A model generated the notes under the pieces. That model was not told the origin of the DNA. It saw only the letters and a list, made by a program, of their open reading frames with translations, and searched no databases. DNA of 64,000 nucleotides from Octopus sinensis (Eukaryota), in the NCBI RefSeq assembly GCF_006345805.1, contig NC_042998.1, positions 176,886,001 through 176,950,000 of the forward strand, written 5' to 3'. Below, one piece after another: positions 53,474-64,000 of the stretch. The position numbers and the translations under genes are program-made. Positions within the stretch are counted from its first letter, which is position 1. The number at the start of each line of letters is the position of its first letter.

Positions 53474-53853
53474 TCTATTTGTTTTATTTCTCTTTCTATA
53501 TAAAATGTCCGCCATTTAATTCTTTTATCATTTCACATGTCTTCTTTTCTTTATTCTACTTCTCTTGTGTATTACATTTCTTAATACGGTCTTTCTTTCA
53601 TTCTTTCTCCATGTGGTTTATCCTCTCCCCCTCCCTCAACTAATTCCAACATTTTACCTTCGGGTTACGAATACTGGAATCTGTGTCATGTCACATCGAA
53701 GACATCTATCTTCTGATAATATATTCCAAACTTTAACCAAATCTAGCTCACAATGGCTGCTACTATCTCCCCAGCTTAGATTTATAATTGAATGATGTTA
53801 TTGACGACGGCGATGATGGTGACAAAGGTGATGCTGCTGCTGATGATGATAAT

Positions 53854-54526
53854 AAACGAGAAACAGAAATGTTAATTATAGCGCTCAGGAACAACTTCTG
53901 ACAATAAATCTGATAAAGGAAAAGATCGAGAAAACTCAGTCAGACAGCAAATGTAGAGTCTGTAGGGAAGGAGACGAGAGTATCAATCACATTTTGAGTG
54001 AGTGCAATATAGTAACACAAAAAGGAGTACAAGTGCGGACATGAAAGTTTAGGCAAAAGAGTACATTGCGATCTTAGTCGATTAACATGACTTCCAAACA
54101 ACAGTAAATTGGTATGAACACGAACCAGAGGCTGTGGTAGAAAATGAGAATTATGGGATCTTGTGGGACTTCGCTATAAAGACTGACCACACTACAGAGA
54201 CAAGAAAACCAAACATAATTATAGAAAACAAAATGAACGAACAGTGCAAGATCATAGATTTTGAAATTCCCTATGATAGCAGAGTCGATACGAAAGAAAT
54301 GAAAAAAAAAATTGAGGAAACCAGGATATAGCCAGCGAGCTAAATAGACTGTTAAAGGCCACGACGACAGATATTCTTGTAGCAATAGTTGCACTTGGCA
54401 CAACACCCAAAATGCTACCTAAAAGACTGAAATAGACTGGAACTTAAACTAGCATTGAAACTGAAACTGCAGAAAAGTACCATCCTATATCCTGGAAGAA
54501 TCCCGAGAAAGACTTTTGAAATATGA
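53854..54526 (+). pseudogene. R4/Dong-clade non-LTR retrotransposon C-terminus (CCHC finger + restriction-like endonuclease)
   Basis: KRETEMLIIA; CRVCREGDESINHILSEC; ILWDFAIKTDHTTETRKPNIII..CKIIDFEIPYD; terminal LQKSTIL..GRIPRKTFEI*. Confidence 0.85.
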
Positions 54527-54559
54527 GAAGACTTCATGTCACCAGACCTCCATATGGAA

Positions 54560-54830
54560 TACCACCAAAAACACCATCTAAAGCAAAATGCATAAAATGG
54601 ATTAGAGAAGATTATAGAGATGTGCTGAAAGCTTTCTATACAGCCCAACCAAACTTAAACAATAACCTCATAGTACAAACTTACATTCCATGGAGAAACT
54701 TAGTAGGCAATGAAGCACGCAGATATATAGATGCAAATAAACCAAGTAATGTACATAGAGACATCACTAAACATAAAAGGTTAACTGACGCTGAAATTAG
54801 CCAAATTAGGACACAAATATCTTTGGTAGA
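54560..54830 (+). pseudogene. Probable R4/Dong-type ORF N-terminal fragment
   Basis: KWIREDYRDVLKAFYTA..WRN..RRYIDANKPSNVHRDITKHKRLTDAEISQI resembles R4/Dong N-termini as I recall them (not searched). Confidence 0.55.
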
Positions 54831-54870
54831 TGACAGCAGCAGCAGCAGCAGCAGCAGCACCACCACCACC

Positions 54871-54931
<61 letters not shown>

Positions 54932-54984
54932 GCCCACCGACTACTCGGCAATGATTTTAACCCCTGCAACCAACACATATTATT

Positions 54985-57004
54985 CTAGAATGGAGCCAAC
55001 CGTCTCCTTTTCGGAGGCATCTGGCTCCATGACGCTGACGTTCGTTGCTGTTTCGAGTCCCAGTTCGAAAATTTGCCCCCCAATTGTTCCAGCTTCCGCA
55101 GCAGTGGCTCGCACGCCAGCAGCTACAGAAGAGGTGACAGCTGACAACACTGACACACCGAGCGTGCGATGCTAAACGGTTCTGATAGATGACCAATTAC
55201 TTTGACTACCGAGCATGTGCCGCTGTGCATAGCAGAGATCCATCTTCTGAAAACGGGTCCGAAACCTGCCGCTTTAAGGACGGCTTCCAGGTAGCGATGT
55301 TCGACCATATCGAATGCCTTTGATTGATCCAAATTGATTAAGGCCCCACCGAAGTTAGCTTCAATCCCATCCCTCTCTATGATGTAACGCAAATGATGGA
55401 GGTTGTCGTGGATAGATCTGTTCGAGATTGCACACCTTTATGCTTCTCATACTAGACTACCAACGACAATCGGCAACCTTTTTGCTAACATCTTGGCCAA
55501 AATCTTAAACTCTGTGCTTACCAGAGAAATGAGACAAAAATTCCCTAGTGTGTCCCCACTGCCGGCGACCTTTTTTAGCAGTGTCACTACACCCCGACTA
55601 ACAGCATTGAGAATTCTGCCAAGAGGTCGCCAAACAAATCTGGCATGAATATATATAATTCATAGCGCAGATCATCTAATCCTTGCCATTTGCGATCACT
55701 CATCGCTTCTTGTATTTCGCTTGCCGTTATCGACTTTTCGCAGAAACTCGCATCCGCTGCCGAGAGCCGCGGCAGGCCATCTAGGTACGAACTAAAGTCC
55801 ACTACCGTCGTTGACCTATCGCCCCCTCAAAACTGTTGCATGAAGTGCTGCTGAAAAGCCGCATACATCTTCATAACCGTGTAGCACACACTCATCCCGA
55901 TCCGTCAAAGACCTGATCGTGGTTTTATTGCTACGCGATGTCTCCATTGTTCGAGTCCATCGGATGGCTTTATTTCCCTCATGTTTTAGCGCACGGGCCT
56001 TAGCTCTGACAACGCATCCTTCGTGTTTCGCCTCAAAGAAATGGTCAAGAGACATTCTTGCCATTAACACGTCAGTCTCGATGCCTTTACTAATCACTTC
56101 TTGAAGTTTGCTAAATAGTTCTCCTTCTAATCTGCTTTTTTTTTGTTCTATTGCTAACTCTTTGCTAAACTCTACTGATTCTGCTCTAATCGTCTTCTTC
56201 AGTGCTATCCAACACTGGTTGTTAACGATTACCCCTGTCAACTGCCGCTAAACTAGTTCGCTAATCCGGTCCCTGTAGTCTTTGGTAGTTACCGGGTTCC
56301 TCCCTACGCGTCTTGTGTAAATCGATTGTGCAGATCACAAATTTGTGGTCTGTGTAGACGACCATTTTGAATTGTGGACACCCTATACTATCCTCATCCG
56401 CAGACCCAACAAATACTCTATCTAGATACGATCTGGATGACTCATTGTGATTGCTCCATGTCCACAGTGGGACATTAGGGAAATCCAGTCGATACCTGTC
56501 AGAAAGCTGGAAGTGTCTGAGCAGGTTTTCGAGGTTTTTACATTCCCTTCTTATATGAACTAAATCCACACAGTCCTTCCGCACGTCCAAAATACTATTC
56601 CAGGCCTCCCACACTAGTACTAAAGTGCGAGATGTTCTCAGGAATGTTTCTAGATGCCTAAAGAAATCTCAGCCCCTGTCAGAGAATACATGGTCACCAA
56701 TCTAAAGGTATTACCTCCAGCGCCATTCGCATCTAGGACCACCAACATACCGTCCAGGTTCAAGAAGACCTAAGGAATTTCGGAATAACACTGCTACACC
56801 GCCGCCCGCTCCCGACAGACTACAAGATGAGAATACCTCGTAGTCTTTGAAAATGGTTGCAATAGCATGTTTCCCAGCATTTCTCGTCTCACTAATTGCA
56901 GTAACATCAAAATTTAGAGACCTGAGTTTGTTGAGCAGGGGATCTTGCTTCCGAGCCGAACCCAGGCCCCGAACATTTACACAACCAACTCTAAGTGTAG
57001 CCAT
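54985..57004 (-). pseudogene. Tx1/L1-clade LINE ORF2 (APE endonuclease + partial RT), disrupted
   Basis: MATLRVGCVNVRGL..AISET..GGGVAVLF; WTW..SYLDRVF..YTDHKFV; LINLDQSKAFDMVEH; SVCQCCQLSPLL; several stops and frameshifts. Confidence 0.92.
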
Positions 57005-57819
57005 TTAACCCAGAAGAAAGAAAATGTAGTTATGTACCTTGGTCTCCAGGAATTACAGTTTCTACAGTCATCGTTTTGGTCGAGGGGGTAGTGAGGAAAG
57101 GTCTTTCTAGGAATTGTTTTTGGTTACTTACTAAACCCTCTAATGTCCTGGGGGAATTCCTCTTTCAAATCAAGATGCGTATTCGTATCTGTTAGGATTA
57201 AAATCCTGTCCGGTGGAGTTTTCTGGAGGAGTTCCGCAAAACCTTCTCCACTTGTAATGGTTTTGTTATTAAGTACTTCCTCAATCAGTTCAATGTTGCT
57301 CTTGTGAACAACAGTGATGTTGATGAAAGAAGCGTGTACCCGAGAGTGTGAGCACTGGTCATTTTGCTTTTCGGATGTTTCTTTTTCTTTTCGTGCTTTT
57401 TTTGTAGTTGTGAATGTGTTTGTAAAAATGGGTTGTCTTGTGATGGAGATGTTGATGTTGGTATTGATTTTGCTTTTAAATTGGTGTTGTAACAGACTTT
57501 GTCTTTTACTGTCTTCAATTTGGACCGGTCACTCTTTAGTTCATAATCAGTCTTTTGGTGCGATGTCAATGAGGTCGATTATTATTATTTTTTCGTAATC
57601 CGACATTATTTGAAGTGGGAAAAATGAATAGAATCCTGTCTTCAAAGAAAAATGCAAAAGTGCAAAACAATTATTACACCTGAAGTTACACAAAATGTTA
57701 CAAATACAATCCGGACAATATAAACAAAATACTTGTTAAATAAGATTTTGAATGAACGGGCTGCAACCAGTCGAAATTACGGAGATCCAACTTGTATGAC
57801 TTCACAGTCTGACAGCCAT

Positions 57820-57826
57820 AATAATG

Positions 57827-57881
<55 letters not shown>

Positions 57882-57886
57882 TAATA

Positions 57887-57920
<34 letters not shown>

Positions 57921-57928
57921 CGATGACG

Positions 57929-58002
<74 letters not shown>

Positions 58003-58010
58003 TATTATTA
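57820..58010. repeat. (AAT)n-(GAT)n-(AAT)n microsatellite
   Basis: Seen directly; further tracts (TAG)n ~58273-58345 and (CAT)n ~58680-58790. Confidence 0.95.
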
Positions 58011-58271
58011 TTTATTTATTTATTTATTGTTAAATACATATCTTATCTGTGAATTTGCGCGTGTAATCTGGGAATGGATTCAATGAGCTTCTCTGCCCTA
58101 GGTGTATGGAAAACACTCGGCGAGACAGGGAAGAAAATTTGAAAAAATTTGAAGAAAGAAGGAAAAAACATAATAATAATAATATTAATAATAATAATTT
58201 TTTACGTTTATATATTCGTTTTGCAAGATTCTTGATGTGAAATCGTGAATTGAATACAACAACAAGAGCAA

Positions 58272-58330
<59 letters not shown>

Positions 58331-58558
58331 TAGTAGTAGTAGTAGTAATAATAATCCTTTCCACAATAGCGGGGTCTAGTCGATTACATCGACCCCAGTT
58401 CTCAACTGGTACTTATTTTATCGATCCTGAAAGGATGAAGGGCTAATTTAGTCTTCGAAAGATTTGATCTCAGAACGTAAGCATTCAAACTGGACATATC
58501 CGGCCAAAATATTCTTGCTTTATGATGAAACTAGCATGATCCAGCCTCTCACATCCAT

Positions 58559-58592
<34 letters not shown>

Positions 58593-58725
58593 GTTGTTGT
58601 CGTTGTTCATGTTCTTGTTGTTGTTGATATTATTATTACTGCTGTTGTTGTTGTTGTCGTCATCGCCTTCGTCGTCATTGTCATCATCATCATCGTCATC
58701 ATCATCATCATCATCATCGTCGTCG

Positions 58726-58774
<49 letters not shown>

Positions 58775-59780
58775 AATCATCATCATCAGTTGGTCTGCAA
58801 GCCTCTCAAGAATTGATTTTTCTTGTCTTTTTATATTTAAGGGAATCTGGACATTTTACTATTACTAAACTGAGGACATTTCACTCTGGAATATACAAAA
58901 CAAAACATTCTGAACAAGTTTGGGTTTATTTTCATCAGAATAAATAAGGAAGTTAGGGTTTTTCTTCGGACACCAGTAAATAATGACGTTCAGAAACATA
59001 ATAAAAACATGTCTACAAATATATAGCAAATAAAAAAATGGATCGTTTTTGTTGCTGTCAGTTTTTAATTCTTTTAATTATGTTCCCATTGTTTCCGAAT
59101 TTGGTATAAAGATGTAGTTTGTGTGCTAATTATGGAAATGAAATTCAATTTTGCAATAAATCTCTTATTATAAAAGGCAGATTTTATCTGCCTCCCTTTG
59201 GGAGTTATACAAATCTACAATATAGGATTTCTTCAATTACAATTTACCTAGCAATTTTAAGAGTACAATGCATCGCGTCATGCCAGGTCCAGTTTTTAAA
59301 ATTTAAACTCCAATTAAGCAAAATTTACAGAAAACTCACATTCTGGTGTGTGTGTCAAATGCTTTTCTTAGTCTGGTTTACACCACACGCAAACGCACAC
59401 ACACACAAAGGGAGCGAATTGTTTCACTCACGCTATCACCCTTCTCCTCCTTTGTCTTTGCAAGTTGGCAGCTATTAAAGTGAAAACAGTGAATCCGACA
59501 GCGATTAAGAACACGAATTAGCACCTGAATGGAGTGAAAATTTAAAAACTGTTTCTTTCGGTTCTTTTTCTGAAGAAATGCACTAAGCCACAGACTTTCC
59601 CAGAAGAGTAAAGCCTTACACTATTTCTATTTACTTTTTCGAATGAGCCCATTTGAAATCATTACGGCAGAAACGAACTGTTACGCTAAACGTAAACAAA
59701 ACGAAAGAAGGGATAGTTTGTTATTTCCCACAATCTTAATGAAATTAAGGCCTATTTTGCCATAAATATTATTATGGGTA

Positions 59781-60772
59781 TCAGAAAGTTACCCAGAATA
59801 ACAAATTCTATCGTAATTTTGTTGTATACCCAATTGAATATTAGCTAATAACCCATTTTCTATAGCGATGTTTGAACAAAATTTTAATAATTTTACAGAA
59901 AGTTACCCAGAATAACAAATTCTATCGTAAAATTTTGTTGTATACCCATTGAATATTAGCTAATAACCCATTTTCTATAGCGATGTTTGAACAAAATTTT
60001 AATAATTTTACAGAAAGTTACCCAGAATAACAAATTCTATCGTAAAATTTTGTTGTATACCCAATTGAATATTAGCTAATAACCCATTTTCTATAGCGAT
60101 GTTTGAACAAAATTTTAATAATTTTACAGAAAGTTACCCGAATAACAAATTCTATCGTAAAATTTTGTTGTATATACCCAATTGAATATTAGCTAATAAC
60201 CCATTTTCTAGCGATGTTTGAACAAAATTTTAATAATTTTACAGAAAGTTACCCAGAATAACAATTCTATCGTAAAATTTTGTTGTATACCCAATTGAAT
60301 ATTAGCTAATAACCCATTTTCTATAGCGATGTTTGAACAAAATTTTAATAATTTTACAGAAAGTTACCCAGAATAACAAATTCTATCGTAAAATTTTGTT
60401 GTATACCCAATTGAATATTAGCTAATAACCCATTTTCTATAGCGATGTTTGAACAAAATTTTAATAATTTTACAGAAAGTTACCCAGAATAACAAACGAG
60501 CCCTTCTGGGTATTAGCGCGCGTCTACGATGAGTCTACGATTTAAAAAAAATTACCATCATATTTTTCCATTTTAATGCATTTTTTCGCTTTTATATAAG
60601 GGAAGTAACTCTCTAAAAATATCTACTATGTGTCAACGATTTAAAGAAAAATTTACCTTAATTTTTTTTCAATTTTTAATGCATTTTTTGCTACTTTTTG
60701 GCTATAACTCTCTAAAAATGCTTATATAGTTATTTCCCTTACAACCCGGGCAACGCCGGGCGATACTGCTAG
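59781..60772 (+). mobile_element. Helitron whose 5' part is the 116-bp array
   Basis: 60497-60772 matches the 3902 family; hairpin cccgggcaacgccggg and CTAG^T at 60769-60773; candidate A^TC start at 59781. Confidence 0.7.
59782..60496. repeat. Tandem array of a ~116-bp unit (6 units + partial)
   Basis: Units start at 59782, 59896, 60011, 60127, 60242, 60357 and 60473; near-identical apart from 1-2-nt indels. Confidence 0.97.
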
Positions 60773-61052
60773 TTGATAAATAAAAAGTCTAATAGCTTTT
60801 AATGTTTAAAAATTTCAGTAATTTTAGTCAGTCGAAAGCCACAGACATATCGGTGTCTATTTCCATAGTAACAAGTCAAAATACAATCTGCTTAAAATTC
60901 CAACCACATTTATTGTCTTTATCTGTCTATTTTACTTGACAAGGGTCTTATTTTCTGAACGTTGGTACCTCATTTTTGTCATTTTCAAATAATTTGTTTT
61001 TCGAGACACGGATATTTTCTGTTGTTGTCTTATCAATGTCTCATACCAGACT

Positions 61053-61490
61053 GGGGTTCCTGAGAAGATCGTTCGGATAGACGAAACAGTCTTCCCAATA
61101 CGAAAATACAACCGAGGAAGGGTGTTTGCAAACCTAAGTAGTGGGTTTTTGAAGGAGTATGTCACGAGACCAGACATGTTTTTCTTTACGCGGTTCCGTG
61201 TCAGAATCGCGACACACTAGAGAAATGCATACATCAGTTGGTTCTTCCAGGAACCACAATTTTCATTGACGTTGGGTGGGGTGGGGGCTTACTCTCACAT
61301 TCCTGAAATTGATGGTTATAATTTTGGACAGAAAACAGTAAACCACAGCGTTGAGTTTATTAACTCGAAAGATGGTAACCACAAGCGGAAAAAAGCACAT
61401 GGGCCTGTGTAAAACGAGGGGATAAAAGATGCTGTGGGATCCACCGTCCTATGGTTGACTCGTATCTCTGCGAGTTTATGTGATGCGGGT
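61053..61490 (+). pseudogene. Merlin (ISXO2/IS1016-like DDE) transposase relic
   Basis: IVRIDETVFPIRKYNRGRV / WVFEGVCHETRHVFLYAVP..RDTLEKCI..LVLPGTTIFID / AYSHI..TVNHSVEF / VDSYLCEFM, broken by frameshifts and stops. Confidence 0.85.
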
Positions 61491-62960
61491 GATTCGAAGC
61501 TTATTTGTCTGAACACTGCTTTCGCTTTTGAATTTTCGCTATTAAAAATATATGTATTATTTGTTTACATAAACTGAAGTACATCTCTCTTGTAATATAA
61601 CATACAGTAGTATTTTTTGTGATTTTTCAAAAAAAAAAAAGAAATTCGTTGAGGATTCTTCATTTTTATATTGTTTACTTATCTCTTCCAGTATTTCACT
61701 TTAGTTCATTCATTAAAACATTAAAACTTCAAAACTTCTTACAACTTCCGTCGTCGTCGTACTGTTGTACTAGACAGCTATCACGCACGAAATGCCAGCT
61801 TTTGAAACGGTGTTTTCTGATTGGATAAAAATGATCAGACTTTAAACCTCAGTAACATTTTTCTAAAATTTTTCTGGAACGAGTGAGTAACAAAATCAAA
61901 TTCAACGTGAAAAATTACATCAGTATACCAAATTAGCAACAGAAAAGATACCCCCAAAATACCTAAAACCCAGACGATTACTTTCAACTGAATAAAGAAG
62001 CTATTACTTTGATACAAGACATACACGACAGAAGAAGGTAGAATTTTTTTGTTGATATACCTCCAAATATTGTTTTTGTTTCTTCGAAAAGCAGACTCAT
62101 GCTTAATATTTGTCTGATTTGTAACATCAGTTGAGCTGTTTTGTTACCTCAAATGTTGTTCAAATTTTTTGTCCTCACCACTCAATGCCACAGTCTCTTT
62201 ATTCAAATGTATTTGTTTTTGGGATTATCATATTTTCTGAGTACTTTTCAATGTTACTGTTTGTGTTAGTAGGTGCTCTGCTAGTTTAATAACCATCATT
62301 TTTTTTCTTCTATTTTGTCACTTCATTTCATTCAACTGTGATTTTGTTTTCAAATTTTCTTGAAATTCACAGTGGGAAAAGGGACGTGTACGTTACTTCC
62401 CTTTTTGCAGTTGCTATCTGTTACCGTTAAGAAACCATACTGGAATACAGCTAAATGAATTTTTGTTAAGTATATAATAAAACAAGGCCTATTTTTCCAC
62501 TAAAAGACAAACAAGGTGGAGGACACTGAAAAATTTCGAATTTTGCCCTGTTGACAAATCAATTAAAAATTTTTTTCCATAGATATAATTCAAACCTTTG
62601 TTCGCGTCAAAACAAAGAAACAACAACAATAACTTCAACATCAGTAGCAACATAAAAAATAATAATTGAAAATTTATTTATTAGCGCAAATGCCTCGAAG
62701 AAAATAGAACAGTACAAGGACAGTACAACAGACAAAGCACAAACATGGCGGACGGTGTTTACGTGTAAATGGGAGTAAAAAGAACGACTATAAACAAAAC
62801 AAGATATTCCATCAAAAATAAAGTTAACCAATGGGTGGAGGTCACCAAATCTCATGAAACCAGGATCTCTCTGGCTACAAGGGCAAGTACCCTGTCTCAG
62901 AAATTGTTTTACTACGTTGTGCACATGCTCGGCACAGGTCCATTAATACGTTACAACTGT

Positions 62961-63069
62961 GCTTACGGCCATATCACGTTGAAAGCACCGGTTCTCGTCC
63001 GATCACCAAAGTTAAGCAAAATCGAGCCTAGTTAGAACTTTCCGCTTGGGAAACCTAGTTGTTGTAAGC
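62961..63069 (+). pseudogene. 5S rRNA pseudogene with ~11-nt internal deletion
   Basis: gcttacggccatatcacgttgaaagcaccggttctcgtccgatcaccaaagttaagc...; terminal stem GCTTAC/GTAAGC; the GGATGGGTGAC segment is missing. Confidence 0.9.
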
Positions 63070-63083
63070 ATTCCATTTCGATA

Positions 63084-63235
63084 GGCGCAGGAGTAGCTGT
63101 GTGGTAAGTAGCTTGCTTACCAACCACATGGTTCCGGGTTCAGTCCCACTGCATGGCACCTTGAGCGAGTGTCTTCTACTATAGCTTTGTGAGTGGATTT
63201 GGTAGACGGAAGCTAAAAGAAATATGTCATATATA
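63084..63235 (+). mobile_element. SINE family A, 5' half
   Basis: Head ggcgcaggagtagctgtgtgg begins 14 bp after the 5S pseudogene. Confidence 0.85.
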
Positions 63236-64000
63236 TATATATACATATATGACACCGTGACCGACCAGGCTATCAGATGTTGCTACACATCGCTGGTCAC
63301 AATGCGCTTCGCATTGTTTTATCCTTCAAATGACGCCACCCCGCTGTCTACCCTCGACTGCTACAAATAGTTGTATATCATTAGGAAGGTTGATCAGGTC
63401 AGGTATGGCTTCAATACTAATTTGATCGGCGAGTTATCAATAATCACTTACCAGTACCTGACCAATTTTCCTTTCCCATTTTGTGTATTTGAAGAACTCT
63501 TGTTTTATTCTCTATGCCGTATTATATGGTGCTTCCAGCAATGTGATGTCCACATCTAGTGACACCACCGCTACCTTTATTTTGATTACCCTCTGGCCAA
63601 GATATGAAGGAATTATATCCATAATTCCTCACTTTTGAAGATTGTCGTCGCACTTTCGTAGCTAATCGTTAGCTGGGAATTTTATCTCAACTGTGCCAAA
63701 GCGTCTCTACAGACAACATAAGTTTTCAACCCCCAGGCTGTTCTTAAGCATATTTCGATCTGGGCCTGCGTCGCTCGCTCCAGTCTGCTAGTCTTTGTTG
63801 AGATACATTTGTGCATAATGGTCTTTTCTTAGTGTCTTCTTGTATTTCCTCTGGCACGTTTAGGAAGAATGATCTGCCATTCTTTCTTAAGTGTGCTTTG
63901 GCGTCACTTAACGTTTTTTCTGCCAACTCAAAATTTCAAATTCAAATTTTAAACAAGTTTGTGTGAAACCGTTCGCATTTTGCATAGAAATAAGAACTGT

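Noticed and set aside
53658-53774. Possible 117-bp minus-strand exon (AG...GT, open frame WGDSSSHCELDLVKVWNILSEDRC...)
   Set aside because: Weak polypyrimidine tract, no recognisable homology and no partner exons; could be chance.
59782-60496. CRISPR-like regular array
   Set aside because: Units are wholly repeated with no unique spacers; eukaryotic context and no cas genes.
62961-63069. Functional 5S rRNA gene, or a 5S-targeted Tx1 (Mutsu-like) insertion
   Set aside because: Internal deletion and no clear oligo-T terminator; the nearby possible LINE 3' UTR (~62600-62940) lies outside the 5S sequence.

Overview
AT-rich, repeat-saturated eukaryotic genomic DNA, probably intronic or intergenic. 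The SINE families and microsatellite load suggest a coleoid cephalopod, probably Octopus (inference). I found no host protein-coding gene, and most ORFs in the track are microsatellite artefacts. Recognisable content: about 20 tRNA-derived SINE copies; decayed LINE fragments (Penelope-like RT, CR1 3' end, R4/Dong, Tx1/L1, possibly RTE); three non-autonomous Helitrons, one carrying a 116-bp tandem array; mariner, hAT and Merlin-like MITEs; a Merlin transposase relic; a 5S rRNA pseudogene; and several fold-back structures. The main signal is a dozen or so hammerhead-ribozyme (HHR)-like motifs from several sequence families, mostly in short elements beside (TA)n tracts. They include one apparently intact minimal HHR (24438-24472) and a retrozyme-like direct-repeat unit (47808-48456). 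A two-copy family (4433-4503 and 48712-48779) has the three hammerhead strands in reversed, pseudoknotted order. All folds were read by eye and none was computed.
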